Source of the DNA: Candidatus Bilamarchaeaceae archaeon | Lineage (GTDB): Archaea > Micrarchaeota > Micrarchaeia > Anstonellales > Bilamarchaeaceae | Assembly: GCA_038870635.1 (NCBI GenBank) | Contig: JAVZJR010000003.1 | Span: 4,880-68,879 of the forward strand | Direction: 5' to 3' | DNA: 64,000 nucleotides | In this document: positions 19,291 through 28,552 of the stretch, in pieces | How positions within the stretch are numbered: position 1 is the first letter of the stretch | Layout: the number at the start of each line of letters is the position of its first letter | Notes under the pieces: generated by a model | What the model was told of the DNA's origin: nothing | What the model saw: only the letters and a program-made list of their open reading frames with translations | The model's database searches: none | Translations under genes and position numbers: made by a program

Positions 19291-20757
19291 ATGTTTGATG
19301 AAAAAGTTGAAAATGCATTATGGGTTGTTGATGTAGCAAAAGGGAAGAAGAAACCAGCAACGCTTGAAGAGTGGTTAAAAGTTGTGATATATTCCACTAA
19401 AATACTGCGTTTGTACGACATAAGCGGAAAACTAAATGGCTGGGCGAGATATGTTTTTGATAAGACAAACGCAACATTGGAAAATAAGGCAAAAATACTC
19501 TTGCGTACTATACGAAAAGAAGCACTTTCACAGATACTTTCCCATTCACCTGAAGAAATAAAAGCAATTAGAAACTCTCTTAAAGAAGAGTACATTTCAA
19601 CAAGGGTCATAGACTTTGAACCAGAGATAAGAGAAAACTTTTACACACTACTAAATATTTTCTTAAGCGATACTTCATTAAAATACTACAAACTTGCTCT
19701 TGCAAATCCTGCGCCGGTAAATGTACTTATAAATGATATAGGATATATGTTAATAATAATAGACAATTATTACCTTCCTATAGAAACAATAAATGAATTT
19801 GAAAACGAAAATGACGCATATGCTTTCTTCGCAAACTTTTTGATGCTCATCCTTTATGCAAAAGAGAAAAAAATATTTGAAGCAGATGTATTAATAAATG
19901 ACAAAATAGCATCAAAATATGTAAAAGAATGTTATAGAATATTTTCAAAAAGCATAAAAGATGAGAAAAAATCAGGAATAGCAGAACTAATACGCTCTGG
20001 GAATATTTGGGATGCTGTTGGAGAATTGCAAACTTATGAATCCTTCTATTCAGCATTTAAACAAATGCATAACATAAATCTTGTTTCATTTGCGTACGGA
20101 GAGATAAAAATAACTTCTTTTGTAGCGGAAATAACACTGTCAGTTGATAAGTACGGACTTGAAAAAATGGCAGATATATTTGAGAAAAATAAAAATTCAA
20201 CAAAAGGGTACTTTACTGGAATTTTCTACTTAAACGCTGCGATACAAGATTATTTAATAGATAGAAGAGTTTACCTCTCAAGAGAACTCGACCCAATCCT
20301 CCCAGACGGAGTAGGTTGGGCACTTCCCCTAAAAATAAAATTTGAGTGCACGGCAGATTGGAAAACCATCGTACCATTAAACAAACCTGCTTATCTTTTT
20401 GGTATAAAAAATGCGTATATTGAAACCATGGATAATAAATTTATTTCAGTAAGAAAAGCACCAGAAGATTTTGAAATAGACCCAGTAAATGGTAGCATAG
20501 CAAAAATAGAAGTTTACTCGACAGAAGAAGAGAATGACTTATTTAAAGGGAATATTATGTTCATACCAGAATTTTTAGGATTGCTATCCAACCTTATGTT
20601 AAAAGGAAGAATAGATGAAAGCATAGTTAACACCCTAAATCTAAACCCAGCGTATAGGAAATTTAATTTTATATCAGAAAAAGGTAAAATTGGAATTGAC
20701 GGGCATTTCACAGGATATATAACTGCAGAAACAAAAACAGGAGGTTTGAAAAAATGA
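19291..20757 (+). CDS. ORFan protein (488 aa), no signal peptide
   Basis: SD AGGTGA upstream; 10-nt gap from the upstream gene and an ATGA overlap with the downstream gene; no family recognised. Confidence 0.75.
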   Translation: MFDEKVENALWVVDVAKGKKKPATLEEWLKVVIYSTKILRLYDISGKLNGWARYVFDKTNATLENKAKILLRTIRKEALSQILSHSPEEIKAIRNSLKEEYISTRVIDFEPEIRENFYTLLNIFLSDTSLKYYKLALANPAPVNVLINDIGYMLIIIDNYYLPIETINEFENENDAYAFFANFLMLILYAKEKKIFEADVLINDKIASKYVKECYRIFSKSIKDEKKSGIAELIRSGNIWDAVGELQTYESFYSAFKQMHNINLVSFAYGEIKITSFVAEITLSVDKYGLEKMADIFEKNKNSTKGYFTGIFYLNAAIQDYLIDRRVYLSRELDPILPDGVGWALPLKIKFECTADWKTIVPLNKPAYLFGIKNAYIETMDNKFISVRKAPEDFEIDPVNGSIAKIEVYSTEEENDLFKGNIMFIPEFLGLLSNLMLKGRIDESIVNTLNLNPAYRKFNFISEKGKIGIDGHFTGYITAETKTGGLKK

Positions 20758-23123
20758 AAAAAATAATATTTTTGTTTTTTTTGTTAACAGTATTTTTTGC
20801 TACTGAAAACTCTATTAGAATTCATTACCACAGCCAATATGAAACATCAGATGTTATTACAAATCAGAAATTTGTCGCAGATTTAAAAGAATGCACAATA
20901 ACTGGAAAGGTTATAGAAGGTGATCCATGCAAAGCAGGCATTTCAAAAGTATGTAAAAACACCGTTATTACATATACGCCTCGGATTGTTGGGTTGTGGG
21001 GAGATAACAACAACTATATTACAACAACTTTGCCAAATTGTTTTTGCAAAGCACCAGCGGGCTCTGGTCTTCCAGATAGACCATCATACTGTGATCCAAA
21101 CACAAAAACATGTTCATGTACTGTGGAGGGGTATACTCTTTATTGTCCTGAGAATTACTTAGTTGATTACAACACTGATAATAGAGTACTAATTGCTTGG
21201 TTACCAGAAAGCATTTATAATAAATATGATGTAGAGCATCATGGTTATGCTGAGCAAACAATTTGGTCAGGTTATGCAGCTGGAAAACAAATACTCCAAC
21301 TTTATAAAGAACTTGGACCAAATAATTATCACGCACAAACAATAGATAGATACGATGCAACTTTCACTACATATTATAACAAAAAAGGATATGCAGCAGT
21401 ATTTTGCAAAGGAAAGTATGAAATGAAAGAAGGAAATAATATAATAAGAAGCGGAGAGATGCCAATCCAAGAAGGTCTACCCCAAAGAATTTTGATTTTA
21501 AACAATGTTGGGACAACAGCGACATTTAGTTCAAAACTTTATGGTCTTGATTGTTTTGCTTCTGTTATAAGGCATCCAAAAGATGATGACTACCTTTATG
21601 GTTTTGAAATACAATTTAATGGTTATAAAGTACCACCAATTTCTAATGTAGAAGACATTCACCAAATTGAAGTTGTCGATATAAAATCATCTATGGAGAT
21701 TATAAGCACAGAAGTAATAGCAAAAGATGGAAGCGGCAATTATTTACTTAAAACAATTGTAAAAAACACAGGTGATGTAAGAATAAAGATAAATGAAACA
21801 AAAGCAGATTATTTACCAAATTCAGGAGCAACACCAATGGATAGACAACTATGTAATTTAATCTTCGGACCAAATCCACCAGCAGAATGCAATTATCCAA
21901 ATGGATATAATTCATATTTTAATCCTGGTGAAGAAAAAACGCTTTATACATTATACCTTTATCAAGGAGAATCCAAAGAACTCTGCGATGTTTCAATTAT
22001 GAGATTAAGTTATACATCCGACCAACCAACTTGCTCGCAATATGATAAATGGTGGGCAGCGGTTAATGGACCGTGTATAACCGAACCTATAAAATATCCG
22101 CCAAAATGCGAGGTAAAACCAAAAGAGAATACCATTAATCCTCTTGAGATTCACGAATGGACGGTTAGTTGTTTTGATGAGAATAATAAAGCAGTAGCGT
22201 GTGTAGGTAATAATTGGAGATGGGAAGGAATAAAAGGTGATTTCGTAACAAAAACAAATGAAAAAGCATTAGCGTATTCAACTGCAACTAGTAAAGTAAG
22301 TGGTAAAATAGTTTATAGACAAGGTGAAATAAATTGCAGTGCAAATGTAACAGTTGATCCGCGCTCTCTTCCACAATTTGTTTGTATGCTTGAGCCATCA
22401 TCTGCAGAAATGGTTGTTAATGAAACTAAAAATTTTGACTTAAAATGTATATTTAGAGACGAAAGCGGCTCTTCAAAAGAAACAAAGCCTCAAAAAGCAG
22501 ATTATGCAGCAGTCGAAGGGCTCATAGGAAAAGTCGAGCCATATCCACGCGATCCAACAAGTGGTGTAACCTTTAATGCAACTGACGTAAGCGCAGGAAA
22601 ACTTAGAGGAATAGGTTATTACACAACACCTTTGGACCCAACATTAAGAGGAGCGATTGCCTTTTCATCAATAAATGTTGGTGCTGGTGAATTACAATGC
22701 GGTGAAAACGAGACGCTGGTTTGCCACCTTGAAGAGATAGAACTTCCATTCGGAGGCAGTACATTTATAGTTATATGCGAATGTGTGCCAAAAGAAGATA
22801 ACGAGGAAGAAGACAAGTCAAATATGGAGTGCGTTATAAGCCCACCAAATCAAAGGATATCACCATTACAACCTGGATTAGCAACTGTGAGTTGCTATGA
22901 TAAGCAAACTTGGAGCAGGGTAGAATGTGGCAGCGATATAACCTGGTCAATAAATGAGAACCTAGCGACATTCAAAGATAATACTTATGGAAAAACAAAT
23001 GTTGTATTCAATGCAAAACCAGGCGCTACTGGCGAGGGGTTCTTAAACGCCAAAGTAGGCGATAATGTAAGATGCGAGGCCAAATTCCTCGTTTCTCCAT
23101 ACACATGCTTAGAAATCAGCTAA
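20754..23123 (+). CDS. secreted Cys-rich ORFan (789 aa) with a CARDB-like segment and three Cys-framed Ig-like modules
   Basis: Signal-like N-terminus 'MKKIIFLFFLLTVFFA'; SD AGGAGGT; 'TIVKNTGDVRIKI' CARDB-like segment; three repeated modules of about 90 aa at aa 451-781. Confidence 0.8.
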   Translation: MKKIIFLFFLLTVFFATENSIRIHYHSQYETSDVITNQKFVADLKECTITGKVIEGDPCKAGISKVCKNTVITYTPRIVGLWGDNNNYITTTLPNCFCKAPAGSGLPDRPSYCDPNTKTCSCTVEGYTLYCPENYLVDYNTDNRVLIAWLPESIYNKYDVEHHGYAEQTIWSGYAAGKQILQLYKELGPNNYHAQTIDRYDATFTTYYNKKGYAAVFCKGKYEMKEGNNIIRSGEMPIQEGLPQRILILNNVGTTATFSSKLYGLDCFASVIRHPKDDDYLYGFEIQFNGYKVPPISNVEDIHQIEVVDIKSSMEIISTEVIAKDGSGNYLLKTIVKNTGDVRIKINETKADYLPNSGATPMDRQLCNLIFGPNPPAECNYPNGYNSYFNPGEEKTLYTLYLYQGESKELCDVSIMRLSYTSDQPTCSQYDKWWAAVNGPCITEPIKYPPKCEVKPKENTINPLEIHEWTVSCFDENNKAVACVGNNWRWEGIKGDFVTKTNEKALAYSTATSKVSGKIVYRQGEINCSANVTVDPRSLPQFVCMLEPSSAEMVVNETKNFDLKCIFRDESGSSKETKPQKADYAAVEGLIGKVEPYPRDPTSGVTFNATDVSAGKLRGIGYYTTPLDPTLRGAIAFSSINVGAGELQCGENETLVCHLEEIELPFGGSTFIVICECVPKEDNEEEDKSNMECVISPPNQRISPLQPGLATVSCYDKQTWSRVECGSDITWSINENLATFKDNTYGKTNVVFNAKPGATGEGFLNAKVGDNVRCEAKFLVSPYTCLEIS

Positions 23124-23126
23124 CTC

Positions 23127-23140
23127 TTTTTTAATTTTTT
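23127..23140 (+). terminator. oligo-T terminator candidate after operon 1
   Basis: Two T6 runs (23127-23132 and 23135-23140) directly after the stop at 23123. Confidence 0.5.
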
Positions 23141-23161
23141 AAAAAACATCATAGTTTGGGT

Positions 23162-23345
23162 GAGCGTAAGCCTTTGCCCTTGTAATACAGAAGTCAAAGG
23201 CTTCGTAAGAAGCCAAGAAAACAGGAGAAAACATAAAACGGCTGCGGTGGCCGATGAAAACATAAGTCCACCGCACATAGAAAACAGAAAGTATAACAGA
23301 GAAAACAGTAAGAAGCCAAGAAAACAGTAAGAATACCTAAAAACG
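23162..23345. repeat. conserved GC-stemmed noncoding element, copy 1 (candidate ncRNA)
   Basis: Near-identical to 44352-44580 apart from one indel; stems 23168-76/23195-203 and 23243-50/23268-75; six GAAAACA heptamers. Confidence 0.8.
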
Positions 23346-23390
23346 AAAACTATTTATTTATAATTATTGTTATCTTAGCAGGGTGGTCTT

Positions 23391-24752
23391 GTGAGCTCAA
23401 TAGATGATGTTTTGAAATATATAGCAACAAATGAGATTAGATGGGTTGACTTCCAATTTTTTGGTTTAGATGGTAGTTTACACCGTACAACTGTTTCAAA
23501 CAGAAAAATTGACGAAAGCACGTTCGGAAAAGGACTACGAAGTGCAGATTTAAGAGAAGTCTTTGGTGAAACAAATGGCGAAATAACACTCTTGCCTGAT
23601 CCTGATACAATGGCAAGACTTCCATGGGAACCCGCAACAATTAGATTAATTTCAGATATTATGGTGATGCCCGAGGGCGAAAAATATGTAAAGGATTCGA
23701 GGAGTATGGCTGATAGAATAGAAACAAACCTACAAGCAGCAGGTATAAAAGAAGCAAAAATAGGTGCAGAAGTAAATTGTTATATATTTGACACAGTAAC
23801 ACTGGAAAAGATGGATATAGGAAGAGGAACAGGTATAATCATGGATTCAAGAGAATCAAAATGGAGCCCATCACCATTAAGTTGTGAAAAAGGAGCATAT
23901 ATCAATCAACCTAACGATAGCTTATACGCTGCAAGATGCCAAATAGCAGAGACATTAGAGGATAATTTTGGTGTCTTGATAGACGGTCATTGGCATGGAA
24001 GCAGTCCAACAGGCCAGCAAACATTTGAATTAGCAGAGACAAATATAAAAACAGCAGGAGATGCGTTTGCAACATTAAAATTTGTAACACGAAATCTTGC
24101 AACTGCTGTAAACGTATCGTCTACTTTCATGCCATACCCAGTAGAAGGTGAAAAAGGAAACAATTTATTTATATCAATTAGTCTATGGAAAACAAGTGAT
24201 AATAACATCTTCTATGATGCAGAAGAAAAATACGCGCAAATAAGCCAAAACGCAAGATATTTTATTGGTGGCCTTCTTGAGCACACAAGGGCGTTAACGC
24301 TTTTCACCTGTCCAATTCCAAACTCCTACAAAAGGTTAGCCGCAGCTAACTTTATAGCGGGTTGGAGCGCAATAAAAGGAAACACAATTGTATATGTGCC
24401 GCATGCAAAAAAGAACAGAAAAGAAACCAAGAGGATAGTATTTAAGCTTTCTGACCCGGCAGTAAATCCGTACCTTGCCTACGCAGCAGTTTTGTCTGCT
24501 GGTCTTGACGGAATAAAAAACAAAATAGAGCCTGGTGAGCCAGCAGAAGAAGAAGGAAAAAAGAAAAAAGAAACCACTCTTCCATCCAATCTTTACGAAG
24601 CTGTAGAGGCGCTAGAAAGCGATCCTAAATTTATAAAAGGCGTGGTAACACCAGAGTTCTTAGAAAGCTATTTAGAATTGAAACTCTCGCAGTATAAAGA
24701 AGACAGAACAGCAGTCAGCATGGCAGACCACAGAAAGTATTATAACATCTAA
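23391..24752 (+). CDS. glnA: glutamine synthetase type-I family homologue with degenerate catalytic motifs
   Basis: GS fold markers 'RWVDFQFFGLDG', 'LLPDPDT...LPWE', 'NSYKRL', 'DPAVNPYLAYAAVLSAGLDGI'; GTG start with SD GGGTGG. Canonical metal/ATP motifs are altered (see findings). Confidence 0.8.
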   Translation: MSSIDDVLKYIATNEIRWVDFQFFGLDGSLHRTTVSNRKIDESTFGKGLRSADLREVFGETNGEITLLPDPDTMARLPWEPATIRLISDIMVMPEGEKYVKDSRSMADRIETNLQAAGIKEAKIGAEVNCYIFDTVTLEKMDIGRGTGIIMDSRESKWSPSPLSCEKGAYINQPNDSLYAARCQIAETLEDNFGVLIDGHWHGSSPTGQQTFELAETNIKTAGDAFATLKFVTRNLATAVNVSSTFMPYPVEGEKGNNLFISISLWKTSDNNIFYDAEEKYAQISQNARYFIGGLLEHTRALTLFTCPIPNSYKRLAAANFIAGWSAIKGNTIVYVPHAKKNRKETKRIVFKLSDPAVNPYLAYAAVLSAGLDGIKNKIEPGEPAEEEGKKKKETTLPSNLYEAVEALESDPKFIKGVVTPEFLESYLELKLSQYKEDRTAVSMADHRKYYNI

Positions 24753-24838
24753 TTCTTTCTTTTTTTATTTTAAACTTACCGCTCGTCAATTATCTAAGAT
24801 GATATACATTTAAAAACACTTTTAATAACAATATAATT

Positions 24839-25054
24839 ATGGCAAATGTGAAACAAGATAACATTAAGGCTAAGGCATTACTGTTTGTATACAAAATTAA
24901 CAACTCGCCATATTTTGAAACTCCACTTAATGAAACAATTACAAACACTGAAGTAATAAAAAGAATAAACAAATTAAAAGAGGTTTGGGAAAAGCTTCCG
25001 GAAAGGGTAAAAATATATACCGTTATTAAAAGAAGTAAAAAAGACGAGTTGTAA
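24839..25054 (+). CDS. hypothetical protein (71 aa)
   Basis: Protein-like composition; competes with a hydrophobic antisense ORF at 24790-24972; no SD seen. Confidence 0.35.
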   Translation: MANVKQDNIKAKALLFVYKINNSPYFETPLNETITNTEVIKRINKLKEVWEKLPERVKIYTVIKRSKKDEL

Positions 25055-25111
25055 GCATTTATAAACTTTCTCTTTTATTATTAAAACAACTATTTCTCCC
25101 GATGTGATTTT

Positions 25112-25750
25112 ATGGAAAACGAAGCAAATGAAAAAATGAAAATACAAGCTCGAAAAACAGGAACAACAACGGTGGGGTTAGTTTGTAAAGATGGTGTCGT
25201 TCTAGCATCAGATAGAAGAGCAACAATGGGCTATTATATAGCGAGTAAGGACATTGATAAAATCTACCCTATAAGCGATCATATCGCAATGACAATTGCA
25301 GGAAGTGTGGGCGACGCTCAAACACTTGTTAGATGGATGAAATCAGAGTTAAAGATATACGAATTAAGGATGAACAAAAAACCTAGTGTAGAAGCCGCAG
25401 CAACTTTGCTTGCAAATATATTAGCGCAATATAAATTCTATCCTTTCTTTGTACAATTATTAGTTGGTGGAATAGACGAACAGCCACGATTATTTAGTGT
25501 TGATATGCTCGGGGGAATAACTGAAGAAAAAGTAACTGCTACTGGTAGCGGAACTACAATAGCGATAGGAGTGCTAGACAGTCTTTACACTGAAGGAAAA
25601 ACAACTGAAGAAAATCTAAAAATAGCCGCTAAAGCAGTGACTGCAGCCATGAAGAGGGATGCAGGAAGCGGTGAAAGAGTAGACCTTGTTGCAATAACAA
25701 AAGAAGGTTTCAAGAGAATACCAAAAGATGAAATAAAGAAATACTTATAG
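25112..25750 (+). CDS. psmB: proteasome beta subunit
   Basis: Propeptide followed by active-site 'TGTTTVGL'; 'AGSVGDAQ'; 212 aa. Confidence 0.9.
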   Translation: MENEANEKMKIQARKTGTTTVGLVCKDGVVLASDRRATMGYYIASKDIDKIYPISDHIAMTIAGSVGDAQTLVRWMKSELKIYELRMNKKPSVEAAATLLANILAQYKFYPFFVQLLVGGIDEQPRLFSVDMLGGITEEKVTATGSGTTIAIGVLDSLYTEGKTTEENLKIAAKAVTAAMKRDAGSGERVDLVAITKEGFKRIPKDEIKKYL

Positions 25751-25830
25751 AAAATATATTTTTATTTCATAACGCGCAGCTCACAAAAAGTGCTGCTTAA
25801 AACTCATTCAAATTAACGAGAGGTGTTTTT

Positions 25831-27729
25831 TTGCACTACAAAGATATAGTCAAGAAAGTAGAAGAGCTTATGCCAAAAGAATGCGGTATAACAAAAATAG
25901 AACCAGAAGGACTTGCAATAGTTGTGTACATAAAAAATGTAGAGGCTTTTTACAACAATATAACCTTAATAAAAGACCTTGCAAATGCGATAAAAAAGAA
26001 GGTATTAGTGAGAACAGATCCAAAATATTTAATGCAGATAGAAAAAGCCAAAAACGAAATAGAAAAACTTATCCCACAAGAGGCAGGAGTAAAAAAAATA
26101 GTATTTGTACCAGAAATGTCAGAAGTGCACATAGAAGCTATAAAATCAGGTTTAGTCATAGGTAAAGGGGGAGCTCTACTAAAAGAAATAATGATAAAAA
26201 CAGGTTGGGCGCCAGTGGTCGAGCGAGCCCCCACTATGCCTTCAGTAACACTCGATGGCGTAAGAAAAATAAGTAATGAAGGTGCAGAAGAAAGAAAAAA
26301 ATTCCTTCTTGAACTTGGTAAAAAGATATGCCATCCATCACCAACAAGCGAATGGATAAGAGCGGTGTCTTTAGGTGGTTTCGGTGAGGTTGGCAGGTCT
26401 TGTCTTCTTATCCAAACACAACACAGCAAAATACTCATAGATGTCGGTGTAAACGCAGCCACAAGCGACCCTGCAAAAGCCTATCCTTATCTTAATATGC
26501 TTGGTTTTTCTCTAAATGAAATAGATGCAGTAGTTATAAGTCACGGACATATGGACCACATGGGTTTTCTTCCTTACCTTTATGCATACGGCTATGATGG
26601 CCCGGTTTATTGCACTGCCCCAACTAGAGACATAATGGTGTTATTGCAACAAGATTACATAAATCTATGCAAAGGGTCTTTTGGTATAGAACCACTTTAT
26701 AGCAAAAAAGACATACAAAAAGAATTAAAGAAAACAATAGTTGTTGATTACGGAGAAGTAGTAGACATCACACCAGAAATAAAGATGACTTTATACAATG
26801 CAGGCCACATACTTGGAAGCGCAAGTATTCATCTCCATATAGGAGATGGATTATACAACTTAGTCTACACTGGGGATATAAAGTTCGGTTTTACGCGTCT
26901 TTTTGAACCAGCACAAGTTAGGTTTCCGAGATTGGAAGCACTTTTTATAGAGAGCACTTACGGTGGACGCAACGATACAACAATAAACAGACATGAGAGT
27001 GAGAATAAATTAATGGAAGTCATAATGCAGACAGTTGAAAAAAGAGGAAAGGTACTCATACCTGTTTTTGCAGTTGGTAGAAGCCAAGAAATATTGTTAG
27101 TTTTAGAAGAATACAGCAGAAAACATCCAGAATTTAATATACCAATATATATCGATGGAATGGTATTAGAAGCTTCTGCAATACATACCGCTTATCCTGA
27201 ATTTATGCGGGAGCAGGTTCAAAGAAGGATACTCTCGGATAGAAGTCCTTTTGAATGCCCTTTAATAAAAGTCGCAAAAGGACCAGATAGAGATAGTATT
27301 GCAAATAGTGAAGAAGGTGCGATAATATTAGCGCCATCAGGTATGCTTGCTGGTGGCCCATCATTAGAATACTTAAAAATGATGTGTGATGATGAAAAAA
27401 ACACCCTCATATTTGTTGGTTATCAAAGCACACTTTCAATTGGATATAAAATTCAAAACGGTATGAAAGAAGTGCCTATAATAGGAGATGACGGAAGAAC
27501 AAAACTACTCAATATAAATATGAGAGTTGAAACCGTAGAAGGTTTTTCTGGACATAGTGATAGAACACAACTCATGGCTTATTTAAGAAATCTTAAACCG
27601 ACTCCTGAAAAAATTATCACGATGCATGGCGATTTAGGAAAAACCGAAGATCTTGCTCGTTCTGCTGCTATGATGCTAAGAAAAGATGGTCGAGCTCTAA
27701 TGAATCTAGAAGCCATTAGATTGAGATGA
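25831..27729 (+). CDS. aCPSF1 (two KH domains plus MBL/beta-CASP ribonuclease)
   Basis: N-terminal KH region 'GLVIGKGGALLKEI'; 'SHGHMDHMG', 'NAGHILGS', 'YTGD', 'ESTYGG', 'SGHSDR', 'MHGD'; 632 aa; TTG start with SD GAGGTG. Confidence 0.9.
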   Translation: MHYKDIVKKVEELMPKECGITKIEPEGLAIVVYIKNVEAFYNNITLIKDLANAIKKKVLVRTDPKYLMQIEKAKNEIEKLIPQEAGVKKIVFVPEMSEVHIEAIKSGLVIGKGGALLKEIMIKTGWAPVVERAPTMPSVTLDGVRKISNEGAEERKKFLLELGKKICHPSPTSEWIRAVSLGGFGEVGRSCLLIQTQHSKILIDVGVNAATSDPAKAYPYLNMLGFSLNEIDAVVISHGHMDHMGFLPYLYAYGYDGPVYCTAPTRDIMVLLQQDYINLCKGSFGIEPLYSKKDIQKELKKTIVVDYGEVVDITPEIKMTLYNAGHILGSASIHLHIGDGLYNLVYTGDIKFGFTRLFEPAQVRFPRLEALFIESTYGGRNDTTINRHESENKLMEVIMQTVEKRGKVLIPVFAVGRSQEILLVLEEYSRKHPEFNIPIYIDGMVLEASAIHTAYPEFMREQVQRRILSDRSPFECPLIKVAKGPDRDSIANSEEGAIILAPSGMLAGGPSLEYLKMMCDDEKNTLIFVGYQSTLSIGYKIQNGMKEVPIIGDDGRTKLLNINMRVETVEGFSGHSDRTQLMAYLRNLKPTPEKIITMHGDLGKTEDLARSAAMMLRKDGRALMNLEAIRLR

Positions 27730-27733
27730 TAAA

Positions 27734-28036
27734 ATGCTAAATGAATTTTTCAGAATAAAACCTTGCAAAATAATTCTTTTATTAAGAGAAGAAAAAGAAG
27801 GTGAAAAAAGAAAATATATAAGTGAACTGGCCAGACAAAGTGGCTCTACCTATGTACACGCCACCAATCTAATAAAAAAACTAGAAAGAGTAGGCTTAGT
27901 TAAAACTGAGAAAAAAGGAAGAGAAAAAATCGTTACGCTAACAGAGGAAGGGTTAAAAGTAGCGAATGCTATTTCAGATGCTGTAAGTAGGTTAAGCGCA
28001 ATTACTCCACCATCTCAACAACAAAATAAACATTAA
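27734..28036 (+). CDS. winged-helix transcriptional regulator
   Basis: 'ISELARQSGSTYVHATNLIKKLERVGLVKTEKKGREKIVTLTEEG' HTH plus wing; 100 aa. Confidence 0.7.
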   Translation: MLNEFFRIKPCKIILLLREEKEGEKRKYISELARQSGSTYVHATNLIKKLERVGLVKTEKKGREKIVTLTEEGLKVANAISDAVSRLSAITPPSQQQNKH

Positions 28037-28040
28037 AAAG

Positions 28041-28496
28041 TTAGACCACTCTTAAGCGCGTCTTGTTTTTTTGATAGTTTAAAACTTTATCATAGCCGAC
28101 ATAGTGCGCATAAACAACATAACCTATTTCGTATTCGCCCGGAGCTGTTTGTGACCCTCCCCAAATTGGTATAGAAGTAGAAATAGATTCACCTGGTTTT
28201 ATTTCCCCTAATCTTTTTTCTATAACTTTATTTATACATGATGGTTCAAAACCCATATAAGCAGCTTTTGGAAGCATAACATCTACCGAAACCAATTGAG
28301 GGTCAGGCGTTATGTTTTTTATGTTGATGTTAAGACTGACAGAATTACTTTTTTTGGCAGCCATTCTCAAAGGTGTGAATGAAGTTGTTATAATAAAAGG
28401 CTTTGCTAAAATTTTTTTATTTTCTATATTTACCTCTGCAGCTTTTTCTTTCCCCTCTTCCTTTTTCGTACCGAGTAACCAATCTAAAATACCCAT
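28041..28496 (-). CDS. hypothetical protein with beta-sandwich (CARDB/DUF11-like) character
   Basis: 'SVSLNINIKNITPDPQLVSVDV...GEIKPGESISTSIPI' pattern; ATG 28496 preferred over GTG 28505. Confidence 0.55.
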   Translation of the reverse strand: MGILDWLLGTKKEEGKEKAAEVNIENKKILAKPFIITTSFTPLRMAAKKSNSVSLNINIKNITPDPQLVSVDVMLPKAAYMGFEPSCINKVIEKRLGEIKPGESISTSIPIWGGSQTAPGEYEIGYVVYAHYVGYDKVLNYQKNKTRLRVV

Positions 28497-28552
28497 AATA
28501 GTCACGTATTAACCTATCTTCAAATTAAATAAAAATATATCGTTTTACGAAA

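Noticed and set aside
23162-23345. The repeat pair as a DGR template/variable repeat.
   Set aside because: There is no reverse transcriptase in the window, both copies are noncoding, and the mismatches are not confined to adenines of one copy.
23217-23351. The GAAAACA heptamer array as a CRISPR array or as replication-origin iterons/ORB boxes.
   Set aside because: The units are only 7 nt with irregular 10-29-nt spacing, so it is not a CRISPR array. No orc1/cdc6 gene or long AT-unwinding tract is adjacent, so an origin cannot be supported from this window, although it is not strictly excluded.
24790-24972. A 60-aa hydrophobic minus-strand ORF.
   Set aside because: It overlaps the more protein-like plus-strand ORF at 24839-25054. 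Neither is strongly supported, and only the plus-strand ORF is listed, at low confidence.
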